From: Candidatus Melainabacteria bacterium 17Bon1m
Lineage (GTDB): Bacteria > Cyanobacteriota > Vampirovibrionia > Obscuribacterales > Obscuribacteraceae
Length of the DNA: 64,000 nucleotides
Direction: 5' to 3'
Assembly (NCBI GenBank): GCA_032128875.1
Contig: JAVLKG010000005.1
Coordinates: forward strand, 416,001 to 480,000
Position 1 is the stretch's first letter. Every line of letters starts with the position of its first letter. Below are positions 40,601 to 48,957 of the stretch, piece by piece. The notes beneath the pieces were generated by a model, which did not search any database, was not told where the DNA came from, and saw nothing but the letters and a program-made list of their open reading frames with translations. Position numbers and translations under genes: made by a program.

Positions 40601-40993
40601 GTTTTCCGGCGGCATGGCACCGAAGTGATTGTCACTTCCGAGGTTGCTGATTCATTCGATCCCATGAATGCTGATGCGGAAATTATTGATTTGACCAATT
40701 GGCGCATAGAGGACATAGCTGCCTGGATGAAGAAGGCTAACGTCAAACGCGTGGTCAGTTTGTCACCTTTCGACAAACTCTGTCCTGTTCAGGCGAAAGT
40801 TCGAAGAGCTGCCGTGGGACAGGCGATTCCATTGAGCATGACCACCAGAGATGCAATTGGTGTTAGCCAGGCAACAATGACGGTCTCGAAAATGAGTTTG
40901 CAGTTGAAAGCGATTCAAGAGCGCCGTGCTGCGGCTCCTCAGCCTCAATTCGCGGGCGCACCGGCAGCGCCGGTTGGCCAATTTACTATTTGA
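37667..40993 (+). CDS. carB: Carbamoyl-phosphate synthase large subunit with divergent C-terminal MGS domain
   Basis: [47 protein letters not shown], second ATP-grasp [39 protein letters not shown]. Confidence 0.96.
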   Translation: MPRRTDISKILIIGSGPIRIGQACEFDYSGTQACQALRQEGFEVVLVNSNPATIMTDPEVAQRTYIEPLTTEFVEAVIARERPQALLPTMGGQTALNIAVNLHDQGILQRYGVELIGATMEAINVAEDRALFRSKMIEIGEPVPRSFIAHSLEEVEEHKDEIPLPCIIRPAFTLGGTGSGAADTYEQLVAACRIGLAASPVSEVLIEESVYGWKEMELEVVRDKKDNFIVVCGIENLDPMGVHTGDSITVAPIQTLSDREYQKLRDAAAKIIRAIGVDCGGSNIQFAVNPVNGDYIVIEMNPRVSRSSALASKATGYSIAKVAAKLAVGFTLDELKNEVAGISACFEPSIDYVVTKIPRFNFDKFYGAKDGLGTEMRSVGEVMAVGTTFAESMHKALRSLELNLAGFTETPGRAAATRELLTQRLATPSRYRLTDIATAYAQGWSVEDVQKVSKIDPWFLHNLKEICDNERGARAVIAKIIENFGVKALFREFEAGLLLRLKREFFSDAQIASFINSAVGREVATEGAIYAFRQRLDLRPVYKAIDTCAGEFPTQTNYLYSTFAPAREEYKADDSQKVIILGSGPNRIGQAIEFDYCCVQASLAIKEQGKKSIIVNCNPETVSTDYDVSDVLYFEPLTLESVSNILAVEKPLGVIVQFGGQTPLNLAEKLEARGFKILGTSVKAIKLAEDRSSFRTVLSELGIRQPEGAIVHTRDEALKAARLLGFPVLLRPSFVLGGKAMHIARSSDHLLELIDSIFAASPDQPLLIDRFLQHAVEVDVDALSDGETTIVAGIMEHIEEAGVHSGDSSCVLPSVSLSEESKSRIVAATEAIAEKLSVKGLMNVQYAIKDGELYVLEVNPRASRTVPFVSKATGVSWAKLATRVIMGEKLSDLKPLIQPVDNGYAVKSVVIPFERFVDAQVCLGPEMRSTGEVMGQGASFEEAYARAQIASGKALPVNGPVLIAASEHLIGEALSVVDVFRRHGTEVIVTSEVADSFDPMNADAEIIDLTNWRIEDIAAWMKKANVKRVVSLSPFDKLCPVQAKVRRAAVGQAIPLSMTTRDAIGVSQATMTVSKMSLQLKAIQERRAAAPQPQFAGAPAAPVGQFTI

Positions 40994-41107
40994 AAAATTT
41001 AACCGCCTTTCAACCTGATATTTCAGTCAGGACTAGAGGTTGGCCTAAGGCTTATCATTGTGCCGGCGGCTTTCTTGCCGTCTTGCCACTAATCGGAAGG
41101 CGATAAC

Positions 41108-42946
41108 GTGACCGGAAAAGTTCGAATACTGGGGATCTCGGCTTATTACCATGACTCCGCCGCTTGCCTTGTAGAAGACGGTGTCATTGTTGCTGCGGCG
41201 CAAGAAGAGCGTTTCACACGGATAAAGGGCGATTCTAGTTTCCCTCACAATGCAGTTGGTTTTTGCCTTGAAACTGGCGGGATTACCGAAAAGGACATTG
41301 ATTATGTCGTTTTCTACGAGAATCCATACGCCAAGTTCGACCGACTTTTAACCACCTATCACGCTACTGTTCCGGCGAGTTTACCTTCATACCTGCGCAG
41401 TTTGCCGGTATGGTTGACTCAGAAATTGTGGATGAGAAAACAGATTTCCGAAGAGTTGGGCGTGAAAAAGCATGTCTACTTCTGCGATCACCACTTGTCG
41501 CACGCAGCCAGCGCCTTTTTTCCATCGCCATTTGAAGAAGCTGCGGTGCTTACGATCGATGGCGTCGGTGAATGGTCTACGACCACTTACGGCATAGGCA
41601 AAGGCGACGATCTGAAGCTGCTCAAGCACATTCGTTTTCCTAACTCACTTGGGTTGCTTTATTCGGCATTTACGTACTACACCGGCTTCAAAATCAATAG
41701 CGGTGAGTACAAATTGATGGGTCTTGCGCCTTACGGCAAGCCAATTTATGCACAGATGATCATGGAAAAACTGATCACCGTTGATGAAGAAGGTGCAGTT
41801 GCTCTTAACCAACATTACTTTGACTATGTTGGTGGACTGACCATGACTAATGCTCGTTTTGATGAGCTTTTCGGCGGACCTCCTCGGGAGCCGGAATCAA
41901 TCATTCGCCAGAAGGAAATGGATATTGCCGCGAGTATTCAGAAAGTTTTGAATGACGTCCTCATCATCATGGCTCGTCATGTGAAGGAAGCAACAGGAGC
42001 CAAAAACCTGGTGTTGGCCGGTGGAGTAGCGCTGAATGTAGTGTCTACTGGAATACTTTCGCGCGAAAAAATCTTCGAGCAAATCTGGATTCAACCGGCG
42101 GCTGGAGATGCCGGTGGCGCGCTTGGCGCTTGCCTCTGGATGTGGCATCAGGTTTTGGGCAAAGGCAGAACCGTTCAAAAGCCTGACTCCATGTCCGGTG
42201 CTTTCCTTGGTCTGGAAATCCCCGATTATTCCGAAGAGGATGATGCCGTGCTTCGCCGAATGGGCGCTGTTTGGCAAGAGATGGATGAAGAGACTCTGCA
42301 AGACGCAATTGCCGAGGCTATCGACAATGGAGAGATCGTTGCTGTAGCTAGAGGCCGCGCTGAATTTGGACCAAGGGCGTTAGGAAGCCGTTCTATTCTT
42401 GCCGATGCGCGCAGTCAGAAAATGCAAAGCCACTTGAACTTGCAGGTGAAGTTCCGCGAGAGCTTCCGACCTTTCGCTCCGATGGTTCTGGCTGAAGACG
42501 CTGAGGAATACTTTGATATTCCGCAAGAAAGTCCGTATATGTTGCTCTGTTACCCGGTTTTGGAAAAACAGAGAATTGCTGTGCAGGATAAGGGGCTGTT
42601 CGGAATCGATCTGTTGAAACAACCCCGCTCTAAGTTGCCGGCAATCACTCACGTGGATTACTCGGCTCGTGTGCAGACAATTGACAGAGACAGAAATCCG
42701 TTTATTCATTCTGTCATCAGCAAATTCAAAAGCCGCTCCGGCTGCTCGGTAATCGTCAACACGTCATTCAACGTGAGGGGCGAGCCGATTGTGAACACCG
42801 CAGAAGATGCATATCGCTGCTTTATGGCCACGGAAATGGACTGCGTGGTGATTGGAAATCGTTTCTTTAGAAGAAAGGACCAGCAGGAAAAACCGCTCAG
42901 CGAAGAAGAAAGATCTGCCTGGTTGAGGAGGTTCGACCTTGACTAA
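41108..42946 (+). CDS. O-carbamoyltransferase (NodU/CmcH/SxtI family)
   Basis: HDSAA, AQEERF, HHLSHAASAF, DGVGE, GEYKLMGLAPYG, EFGPRALG, KFRESFRPFAP, NTSFNVRGEPIV. Confidence 0.95.
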   Translation: MTGKVRILGISAYYHDSAACLVEDGVIVAAAQEERFTRIKGDSSFPHNAVGFCLETGGITEKDIDYVVFYENPYAKFDRLLTTYHATVPASLPSYLRSLPVWLTQKLWMRKQISEELGVKKHVYFCDHHLSHAASAFFPSPFEEAAVLTIDGVGEWSTTTYGIGKGDDLKLLKHIRFPNSLGLLYSAFTYYTGFKINSGEYKLMGLAPYGKPIYAQMIMEKLITVDEEGAVALNQHYFDYVGGLTMTNARFDELFGGPPREPESIIRQKEMDIAASIQKVLNDVLIIMARHVKEATGAKNLVLAGGVALNVVSTGILSREKIFEQIWIQPAAGDAGGALGACLWMWHQVLGKGRTVQKPDSMSGAFLGLEIPDYSEEDDAVLRRMGAVWQEMDEETLQDAIAEAIDNGEIVAVARGRAEFGPRALGSRSILADARSQKMQSHLNLQVKFRESFRPFAPMVLAEDAEEYFDIPQESPYMLLCYPVLEKQRIAVQDKGLFGIDLLKQPRSKLPAITHVDYSARVQTIDRDRNPFIHSVISKFKSRSGCSVIVNTSFNVRGEPIVNTAEDAYRCFMATEMDCVVIGNRFFRRKDQQEKPLSEEERSAWLRRFDLD

Positions 42947-43610
42947 GACTGCATTAGCTGAAAGAAACGAAGTTGCCTTCAGACCCAATCGCAATGCGCG
43001 GGGCTCAGGTCATGTGAGCTCTTACATGAAGCGCTTGAACGTGCGCAGAGAGCGCGCGGCTTTGAAAAACAACGTTATTTTTGGACTGACAATCGGCTGG
43101 GTGCTCACTTTGATGGGCGCTTTCAAAACTTACATTTTGCTTGAAAGCGGCGTGTCGCAGCTGATGCTGGTCGCTGGTGTGGCATTCCTCGGCACCACGC
43201 TTGTTGCGCCCGGACTGATGATTTATCCGCATAAAGTCATGAAAGGGATCGCTACTTTTGTTGGCACCAATTTGTTCAAAGGAATTCTTTGTGTTGTTTA
43301 TTTCCTGACTATCCTGCCTGCAGGACTTATCTACCAGAAGAAAAACAATCACGAACCCTTTTACTCATGGGCAGCGGGTAATGCTCCTAAGATTGAAGGA
43401 TGGACGGAAAAAATTGCCTCTGACGAAAATGGTAAGTCTTCCGAATACAGCTTGCCTGGTTGGCTGCAACCACTCTCTGTCGTGATCTATTTCGCGCGCA
43501 ACAGTCAGTTGCTTTTCCTTCCTTGCTTGATCGTACTTCTCATGCTCGGATTGATCGGAGTTTTTGTTCAAAGCAGTGCGTTGGCTCCATTTATATACAC
43601 ACTGTTCTAA
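42939..43610 (+). CDS. Fused SxtJ-like + SxtK/DUF5989-like membrane protein
   Basis: SxtJ-like FG..P..GIL..YF..ILPAG segment followed by a terminal TM helix ending QSSALAPFIYTLF; overlaps the carbamoyltransferase stop. Confidence 0.8.
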   Translation: MTKTALAERNEVAFRPNRNARGSGHVSSYMKRLNVRRERAALKNNVIFGLTIGWVLTLMGAFKTYILLESGVSQLMLVAGVAFLGTTLVAPGLMIYPHKVMKGIATFVGTNLFKGILCVVYFLTILPAGLIYQKKNNHEPFYSWAAGNAPKIEGWTEKIASDENGKSSEYSLPGWLQPLSVVIYFARNSQLLFLPCLIVLLMLGLIGVFVQSSALAPFIYTLF

Positions 43611-43634
43611 GAAGCTGTTTTAAGAGGAAGAGAG

Positions 43635-45215
43635 TTGCTGGAATTAGCTAGCAAGCCAAAAACAAGCAAAGCAGCTCCGCGTCATTTGTCCGCGGGGACT
43701 GTTGCTCTAACGTCCATCGGCTACTTTGCTGCGTCGCTTGCGATTATCGTCGGTGCTGCATTTGCTCTTGACCGCTGGATTATTCCCGAGATGGAAAATC
43801 GCGGTTATCTCGAATCTCATTTGTGGGCGGATGAAAATCATCAGCTCAATCACTTCACCTATGTGAAGAATGAAGCGCGTAAGGAAAACCCTGTCTGGCG
43901 TTCGCAGTATATTCCCGTAACTGCAGAGCATCCTGGCAAACAGCGAATTCTCGTTATCGGCGATTCATTTGTTTGGGGGGATGGTTCTAACAATGTGAAC
44001 ACCCTCTGGTGGCGCCAATTAGAGCTCGAGCTACAACATCGTGGCTACAACAACGTTGAAATCGTTGCGGCCGGATTGAATGGTGCCAGTACGCACGACC
44101 AGCTGAATTGGTTGGGTTCGATCTTGCCGAAATACACGCCAGATCTTGTGATATTTGGCTGCGTCACCAATGACGCCGATGAAAAGGATGCTAGCGGTAA
44201 GTCTTATGTGCGCATGATTCCGAAAGAATTGCCCGCACGAGAAAGTGCTGATTCTAAGCTGAACAGTCTCTTGCCAAATCTGTCCGGACAGTTGGAGCAG
44301 ATAAGTAAACTCTCGCGCCTGGCTCATTTGAGTCAGAAGTCCACAGCATTGGAATATGCAGATTGGGAACTTGCCTTGTTGAAAGGACAGAATTTCAAAG
44401 CGTATCAAAATACCGTTTCGTCTCTTGCTAATCAATTGAAAACCGCTGGTGTACCGGCCTTTGTAATTTCGCTTCCGGCTGGTTTTCAAAACAAGACAAA
44501 AGAAAACACAGCCGGCGGACAAAACTTCTTCGATAGTGTGAAGGCCTACAATGAGCAGCGTTTTTCCGCTTTTGCGCCAGTGTTCAAGTCCTCGGGTCTA
44601 CTCTTTGTTGATACGACCGAAGCATTCGCAAAGGCTGCATCTGCCGATCCCCGTTTGAAGTCGAGTGGCTCGCCTCTGCGTCTGGGAATAAATCCCAGCA
44701 ATGGACATCCTGGTCCGTTCTCGACCCACTTCTATGCTGTTTCTGCTGCCGATACTATCGAGCGAAATTTCCCTGCTCTCTTGACCAAAACAGCCAGTGC
44801 ATCCAATTCGACTGTTTCCAGATCAGGCGTTGAGATAAACGACTGCATGCCGCCGTATATGAACGTGCGTGCTGATGAGAAAGAGGCTGGCAGTTTTCAG
44901 TTCACCTATCCGCCTGATGTTGCTGAACATACTTTGTTCATGCCGTTGCGTCGCCGTCACGTTCAACTGTCCTTAAAAAAACCAGCTCAAGTTCATACCG
45001 TTGAAATCAGCGGAGACAACCTATCTGCTGCACAGATTTATCCGAGCTTTTTCGATGCCAAACTTGGCTACACGCCGGACGAATTCTCATCGTTGCCACT
45101 TAAAAAGGGAAATGTGCTTACCTGGAATTTGGGCGACAAACAACTGAGCGCACTCAAGATCCGCGCTAGCTTTAATGGCGGCAATCAGGCGCTCAAAATC
45201 CATTTTACGAACTAG
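43635..45215 (+). CDS. Membrane-anchored SGNH/GDSL-family protein (SxtL-like position)
   Basis: N-terminal TM, RILVIGDSFVWG, AAGLNGAST, VTNDAD, NPSNGHP. Confidence 0.8.
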   Translation: MLELASKPKTSKAAPRHLSAGTVALTSIGYFAASLAIIVGAAFALDRWIIPEMENRGYLESHLWADENHQLNHFTYVKNEARKENPVWRSQYIPVTAEHPGKQRILVIGDSFVWGDGSNNVNTLWWRQLELELQHRGYNNVEIVAAGLNGASTHDQLNWLGSILPKYTPDLVIFGCVTNDADEKDASGKSYVRMIPKELPARESADSKLNSLLPNLSGQLEQISKLSRLAHLSQKSTALEYADWELALLKGQNFKAYQNTVSSLANQLKTAGVPAFVISLPAGFQNKTKENTAGGQNFFDSVKAYNEQRFSAFAPVFKSSGLLFVDTTEAFAKAASADPRLKSSGSPLRLGINPSNGHPGPFSTHFYAVSAADTIERNFPALLTKTASASNSTVSRSGVEINDCMPPYMNVRADEKEAGSFQFTYPPDVAEHTLFMPLRRRHVQLSLKKPAQVHTVEISGDNLSAAQIYPSFFDAKLGYTPDEFSSLPLKKGNVLTWNLGDKQLSALKIRASFNGGNQALKIHFTN

Positions 45216-45263
45216 TCAGATACTGATTGTACTGATATCTATCACAATCACTCTCTGAACTGC

Positions 45264-46763
45264 CTACTGCGGCATTCTGAGTTGGTCTGAATCGATGATT
45301 TTTCCCAGGTTGGAAATCGAATCGTTGATTTGCAGCATTGAAAATTCGACGGTGGGCGATGACTGTAAAAGAGTCCGCGCCATATCGCGCGCTTGCACGC
45401 GTATTTCCGGTACAGCTACAGTCTCGCCGCGCAATCCAAGCGTGTTTGTGCCCAGAGTGAATATCACTCTGCTGGGCTTTTGATTTGCATCAAGAACGGC
45501 GCCATCGGTGCGCACGTTGATGCCTAAGCCGGTAGCGTGAGGTTGGACGATTCCGCGTGTCAGTAAAGACTGAGCCAATGTTGATTTGGATTTGCGGAAA
45601 TCCGGAGTGAAGCCGGAGCAATTGAGCATGAGGTTGACTTTCAGCTGATGCGGCTGGCCGCCTCCTCGCGGCATTATCGTCGCGATTAGTGCTTCAGAAG
45701 TTTCGTTGACGCTGTAGAGTCTTCCAGCCATCACTTTCAGCTTTCCTGACTGAATGAGCTGCTCTATTGCATCACCAATTTCCGGCGCCATACGATGACG
45801 GTGAACATCCCAATACGTGCGAATATGCCTCAGGAAGCGCCTCTTTTGCTTATCGGTCAAGGAAGCCCAGAGCGCTTGCGAATGGGGTCTTAGCGAGTCG
45901 ATGACTTGTCTCCAGTCGCTAACTTCCATTTTGACTGTTGAGGCATTGTCGAAAAGTTGCTCGAAAGAACCGTTTCTTATGGATTCTTTCACTGCTTTGA
46001 AGAGCAGATTGAGATCGCCATACAGCTCTTGATTCAATTCGGTTTGGGCAAAAGCCGGCACTGAAGTTTTTGAATGAGCGCGGGGCAGGAGTCCGTGGCG
46101 AGAAACCGCATATATCGTGCCTTTGAAGCCGCTGTGGACAAGTTCTAGCGTTTTGTCCACCGTGGTCAGGCCTGTCCCTATCAAAAGTGCATCGCCTGCA
46201 ATGGTATCGAAGCTGGTGGCATTAGGCTTCCAGGGATTGCCGATATATCTTTCTGATGCGGCGATTCCTTGCGATATTCCAGAAGGTGCCGAAGGGCTGA
46301 AATTGCCAGTCGCCAGCACTACTTTGTCGGCTACAATGACTTCGCCGCTCGCCAATTTTAGTACGGCCTTTGTCTCGTCCTGAATAAGTTTTACCGACAG
46401 GACTTCGTCTTCCACTCGCTCGAATGTGACTAGAGACGGCAGATTGTTCGTCGCCGCGTGCAATATGTTTTCCACGTATTCGCCATAGAGCGCACGAGAA
46501 ACAAAAGCTGTTTCACTCAGCCTTGGATACTTTGTCCGTGCCCACTTTAGAAAGTGCAGTGGCTCGTCAGGAAACGCGCTCATACGACCGGCAGGGACAT
46601 TCAGCAAATGTCCTGGGAATTGCGTGGAATAAGCCACACCTTTGCCGGCTTTTTCTGCCGGTTCGATAAGTGCGACTTTGATTGGTGTGCGCGCTTGCTG
46701 GATAAGGTTAACGGCTGTAAGAGTGCCAGTAAAGCCACCACCAATAATTGCCACTGTAATCAT
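45264..46763 (-). CDS. FAD/NAD(P)-binding oxidoreductase (YdhS-like)
   Basis: IIGGGFTG, GKGVAYST, LLNVPAGRMS, IGTGLT, WDVHRHRMAP, ETVAVPE. Confidence 0.85.
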   Translation of the reverse strand: MITVAIIGGGFTGTLTAVNLIQQARTPIKVALIEPAEKAGKGVAYSTQFPGHLLNVPAGRMSAFPDEPLHFLKWARTKYPRLSETAFVSRALYGEYVENILHAATNNLPSLVTFERVEDEVLSVKLIQDETKAVLKLASGEVIVADKVVLATGNFSPSAPSGISQGIAASERYIGNPWKPNATSFDTIAGDALLIGTGLTTVDKTLELVHSGFKGTIYAVSRHGLLPRAHSKTSVPAFAQTELNQELYGDLNLLFKAVKESIRNGSFEQLFDNASTVKMEVSDWRQVIDSLRPHSQALWASLTDKQKRRFLRHIRTYWDVHRHRMAPEIGDAIEQLIQSGKLKVMAGRLYSVNETSEALIATIMPRGGGQPHQLKVNLMLNCSGFTPDFRKSKSTLAQSLLTRGIVQPHATGLGINVRTDGAVLDANQKPSRVIFTLGTNTLGLRGETVAVPEIRVQARDMARTLLQSSPTVEFSMLQINDSISNLGKIIDSDQLRMPQ

Positions 46764-46794
46764 GCAAAAGACCTTAAAACAACCAGTTGATGAG

Positions 46795-47823
46795 TTAGCG
46801 GCTCGATGCGGCAGCGCTTAATGCTTCTGCCAATGAATCTTCTTTTGCAGCTTTGCTCTCTCTGCCTTCGTTGAGACTTGAGCTGGCCATATTGCCTTCG
46901 AAGCCTCTGCCCAGCTTCTCTCCAATGAGATAGGTCGGGCGTCCACGCAACTCTTCCAGAGCAGTGGACAAGTAAATGGCGACAAGACCGGTTGAGAGGA
47001 CTTGCACGCCGGACAAGACTAACAAACCGGACATGATGAAGACGAACGGTTGTGAGGCTGGTGGGCTGGCGAATGCGATCGCCAGTGTAAGCAGCCCGAG
47101 GACGGTAAGGATGCCTCCAGCCACAGGGATCAAAAAGAGCGGTGCAACGCTGAAGGCAAGTATGCCGTCAAAGGCGAGGCGCAGAAGCCTTCTGATTGTA
47201 TAAGTGCTTTCCCCGAGTTCTCGGGCTCCTCTATCGACAGGAATTCCCACTTGCTTGAAGCCCAGCCAAGGCACAAGACCGCGCAAGAAGCGCTTCTTCT
47301 CGGGCAGACGGCGCAGTGCATCGACGACTTTTCTGTCGATAAGTCGGAAGTCTCCGGTATCACGTGGAATATCTACGGCCGATACGGAGGAAAGAACACG
47401 ATAGTAGAGGAATGCGAAAAGGCGCTTCGGCACGCTGTCTTTGCGAGTCGAGCGAGTTGCATAAATGACGTCATAGCCGCGGCGCCAGAGATCCATCATT
47501 TGTGGAATCAGCTCAGGCGGATCTTGCAAATCGGAATCGATATTGACGACCGCTCTGCCATCGGAGTGATCCATACCTGCCGTAATTGCAGCTTGCTGTC
47601 CGAAATTGCGAGACAGATTGATCAGTTTCACATAAGGAAACTCACCGGCAATTTCTCTCAAGGCGCGCGTCGTGCGCTCGCCCGAGCCGTCATTTACGAA
47701 AACTACTTCGTATTTGATCGAGACGGCCAAAAGAATTTCTTCCAGCCGCTGGAGCAGCCGAATTAGATTGCGTGGGTCTTCGTTATAAACAGCGACTACT
47801 ACTGATAGGTCAGGTGTTGCCAC
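46795..47823 (-). CDS. GtrB/CsbB/ArnC-like polyprenyl-phosphate glycosyltransferase
   Basis: LSRNFGQQAA, IDSDLQDPPE, TGDFRLIDR, FLRGL, two C-terminal TMs, RPTY. Confidence 0.92.
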   Translation of the reverse strand: MATPDLSVVVAVYNEDPRNLIRLLQRLEEILLAVSIKYEVVFVNDGSGERTTRALREIAGEFPYVKLINLSRNFGQQAAITAGMDHSDGRAVVNIDSDLQDPPELIPQMMDLWRRGYDVIYATRSTRKDSVPKRLFAFLYYRVLSSVSAVDIPRDTGDFRLIDRKVVDALRRLPEKKRFLRGLVPWLGFKQVGIPVDRGARELGESTYTIRRLLRLAFDGILAFSVAPLFLIPVAGGILTVLGLLTLAIAFASPPASQPFVFIMSGLLVLSGVQVLSTGLVAIYLSTALEELRGRPTYLIGEKLGRGFEGNMASSSLNEGRESKAAKEDSLAEALSAAASSR

Positions 47824-47967
47824 GAGGGTGTTTCCAGAAACTGTAAACCTGTGAGATTGACTCTCAACAACCTTCGAATTGTCTTACAAATTCGAGCCTG
47901 AGGTCAACTTGTCAGCTTCTAATGTCAAGACGATGGACGGCTTGTAAAGCCCGCACCTGTGGGGTTG

Positions 47968-48906
47968 CTAAGCTGGATTTAAGGAAGTGATCCAGTCCCA
48001 TGTTTGGCGAAGACCCGCACCCAGCTCTGTTTCAGGGGCCCAGTTCAAATGTTTTTTGGCAAGCTTAATGTCAAGAACATTGGCTGGAACGTCGACGCCC
48101 CTGGCTGGGGTGTAGTTTACGCTCACCGGTCGGTCTATATTTTTCTTTATCTCCGCCACGATTTCATTTAACGAATAGCCGCGGCCGGCTCCAATATTGA
48201 ATATCCGAGGGTCATTCGGACCAGCTTGGTATTCTGCCGCAGACACGAGTGCTTTTGCCGTATCGGTTACATAGATGTAGTCACGGATAACTTCGCCATC
48301 GCCGAATATGTTGATGGGCTTGTTTTCGGATATCGCACCAAGGAAAACGCCGATTGCACCCTGCTTTGCATGAGGATTTTGCAAGACACCATAGGGATTG
48401 GAAAGCCTCAGTACGACATACTCCTGACCCCACTGGGTGTAGAACAAATAAAGATACTTCTCGATTGCTAATTTGGTGATTCCATACGAGCAAATAGGCT
48501 CATTCGTGTGGTCTTCGGGAATCGGAATAGTTTTTGGTATGCCGTAGATTGTGCCGCCGGAAGAGATGAAGACCACCTTTTTGACGTTGGAATTGCGGCA
48601 TGCTTGGAAGAGTTGGACTGAATCTTCGACATTCGATTTTATGTCATAGATAGGGTCTTCGTTGGATGTTTGCGGAACCGTGGTGTATGCGAGGTGGAAA
48701 ACCCAATCGATCCCCTCGACTGCCGCAGCCACTTCTCCGTGATTGCCAAGGTCGCCGCTCAGGTTTTCGACTTCCTTGCGCGACTCTCTAAAGCGGCTAG
48801 GGTAGCGGTCTAAGACCCGCACCGAATGCCCCTGCAGAAGCAGTTGATCAACTAAGTGGCAGCCAATAAAGCCATTGCCGCCGATTACTAGCGTTTTCAT
48901 GTGCAT
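47968..48906 (-). CDS. NAD-dependent nucleotide-sugar epimerase/dehydratase
   Basis: GGNGFIG, SSGGTIYG, YGITK, RLSNPYG, RDYIYV. Confidence 0.9.
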   Translation of the reverse strand: MHMKTLVIGGNGFIGCHLVDQLLLQGHSVRVLDRYPSRFRESRKEVENLSGDLGNHGEVAAAVEGIDWVFHLAYTTVPQTSNEDPIYDIKSNVEDSVQLFQACRNSNVKKVVFISSGGTIYGIPKTIPIPEDHTNEPICSYGITKLAIEKYLYLFYTQWGQEYVVLRLSNPYGVLQNPHAKQGAIGVFLGAISENKPINIFGDGEVIRDYIYVTDTAKALVSAAEYQAGPNDPRIFNIGAGRGYSLNEIVAEIKKNIDRPVSVNYTPARGVDVPANVLDIKLAKKHLNWAPETELGAGLRQTWDWITSLNPA

Positions 48907-48957
48907 AATGTTAGCACGTGGTGAAATCGGCTCCCTTTCATACGTTTCAGCAATTGC

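Noticed and set aside
41108-45215. Saxitoxin gene cluster (sxtIJKL-like genes)
   Set aside because: No sxtA, sxtG, sxtB or other core genes in the window; the cassette is widespread and here sits among glycan genes
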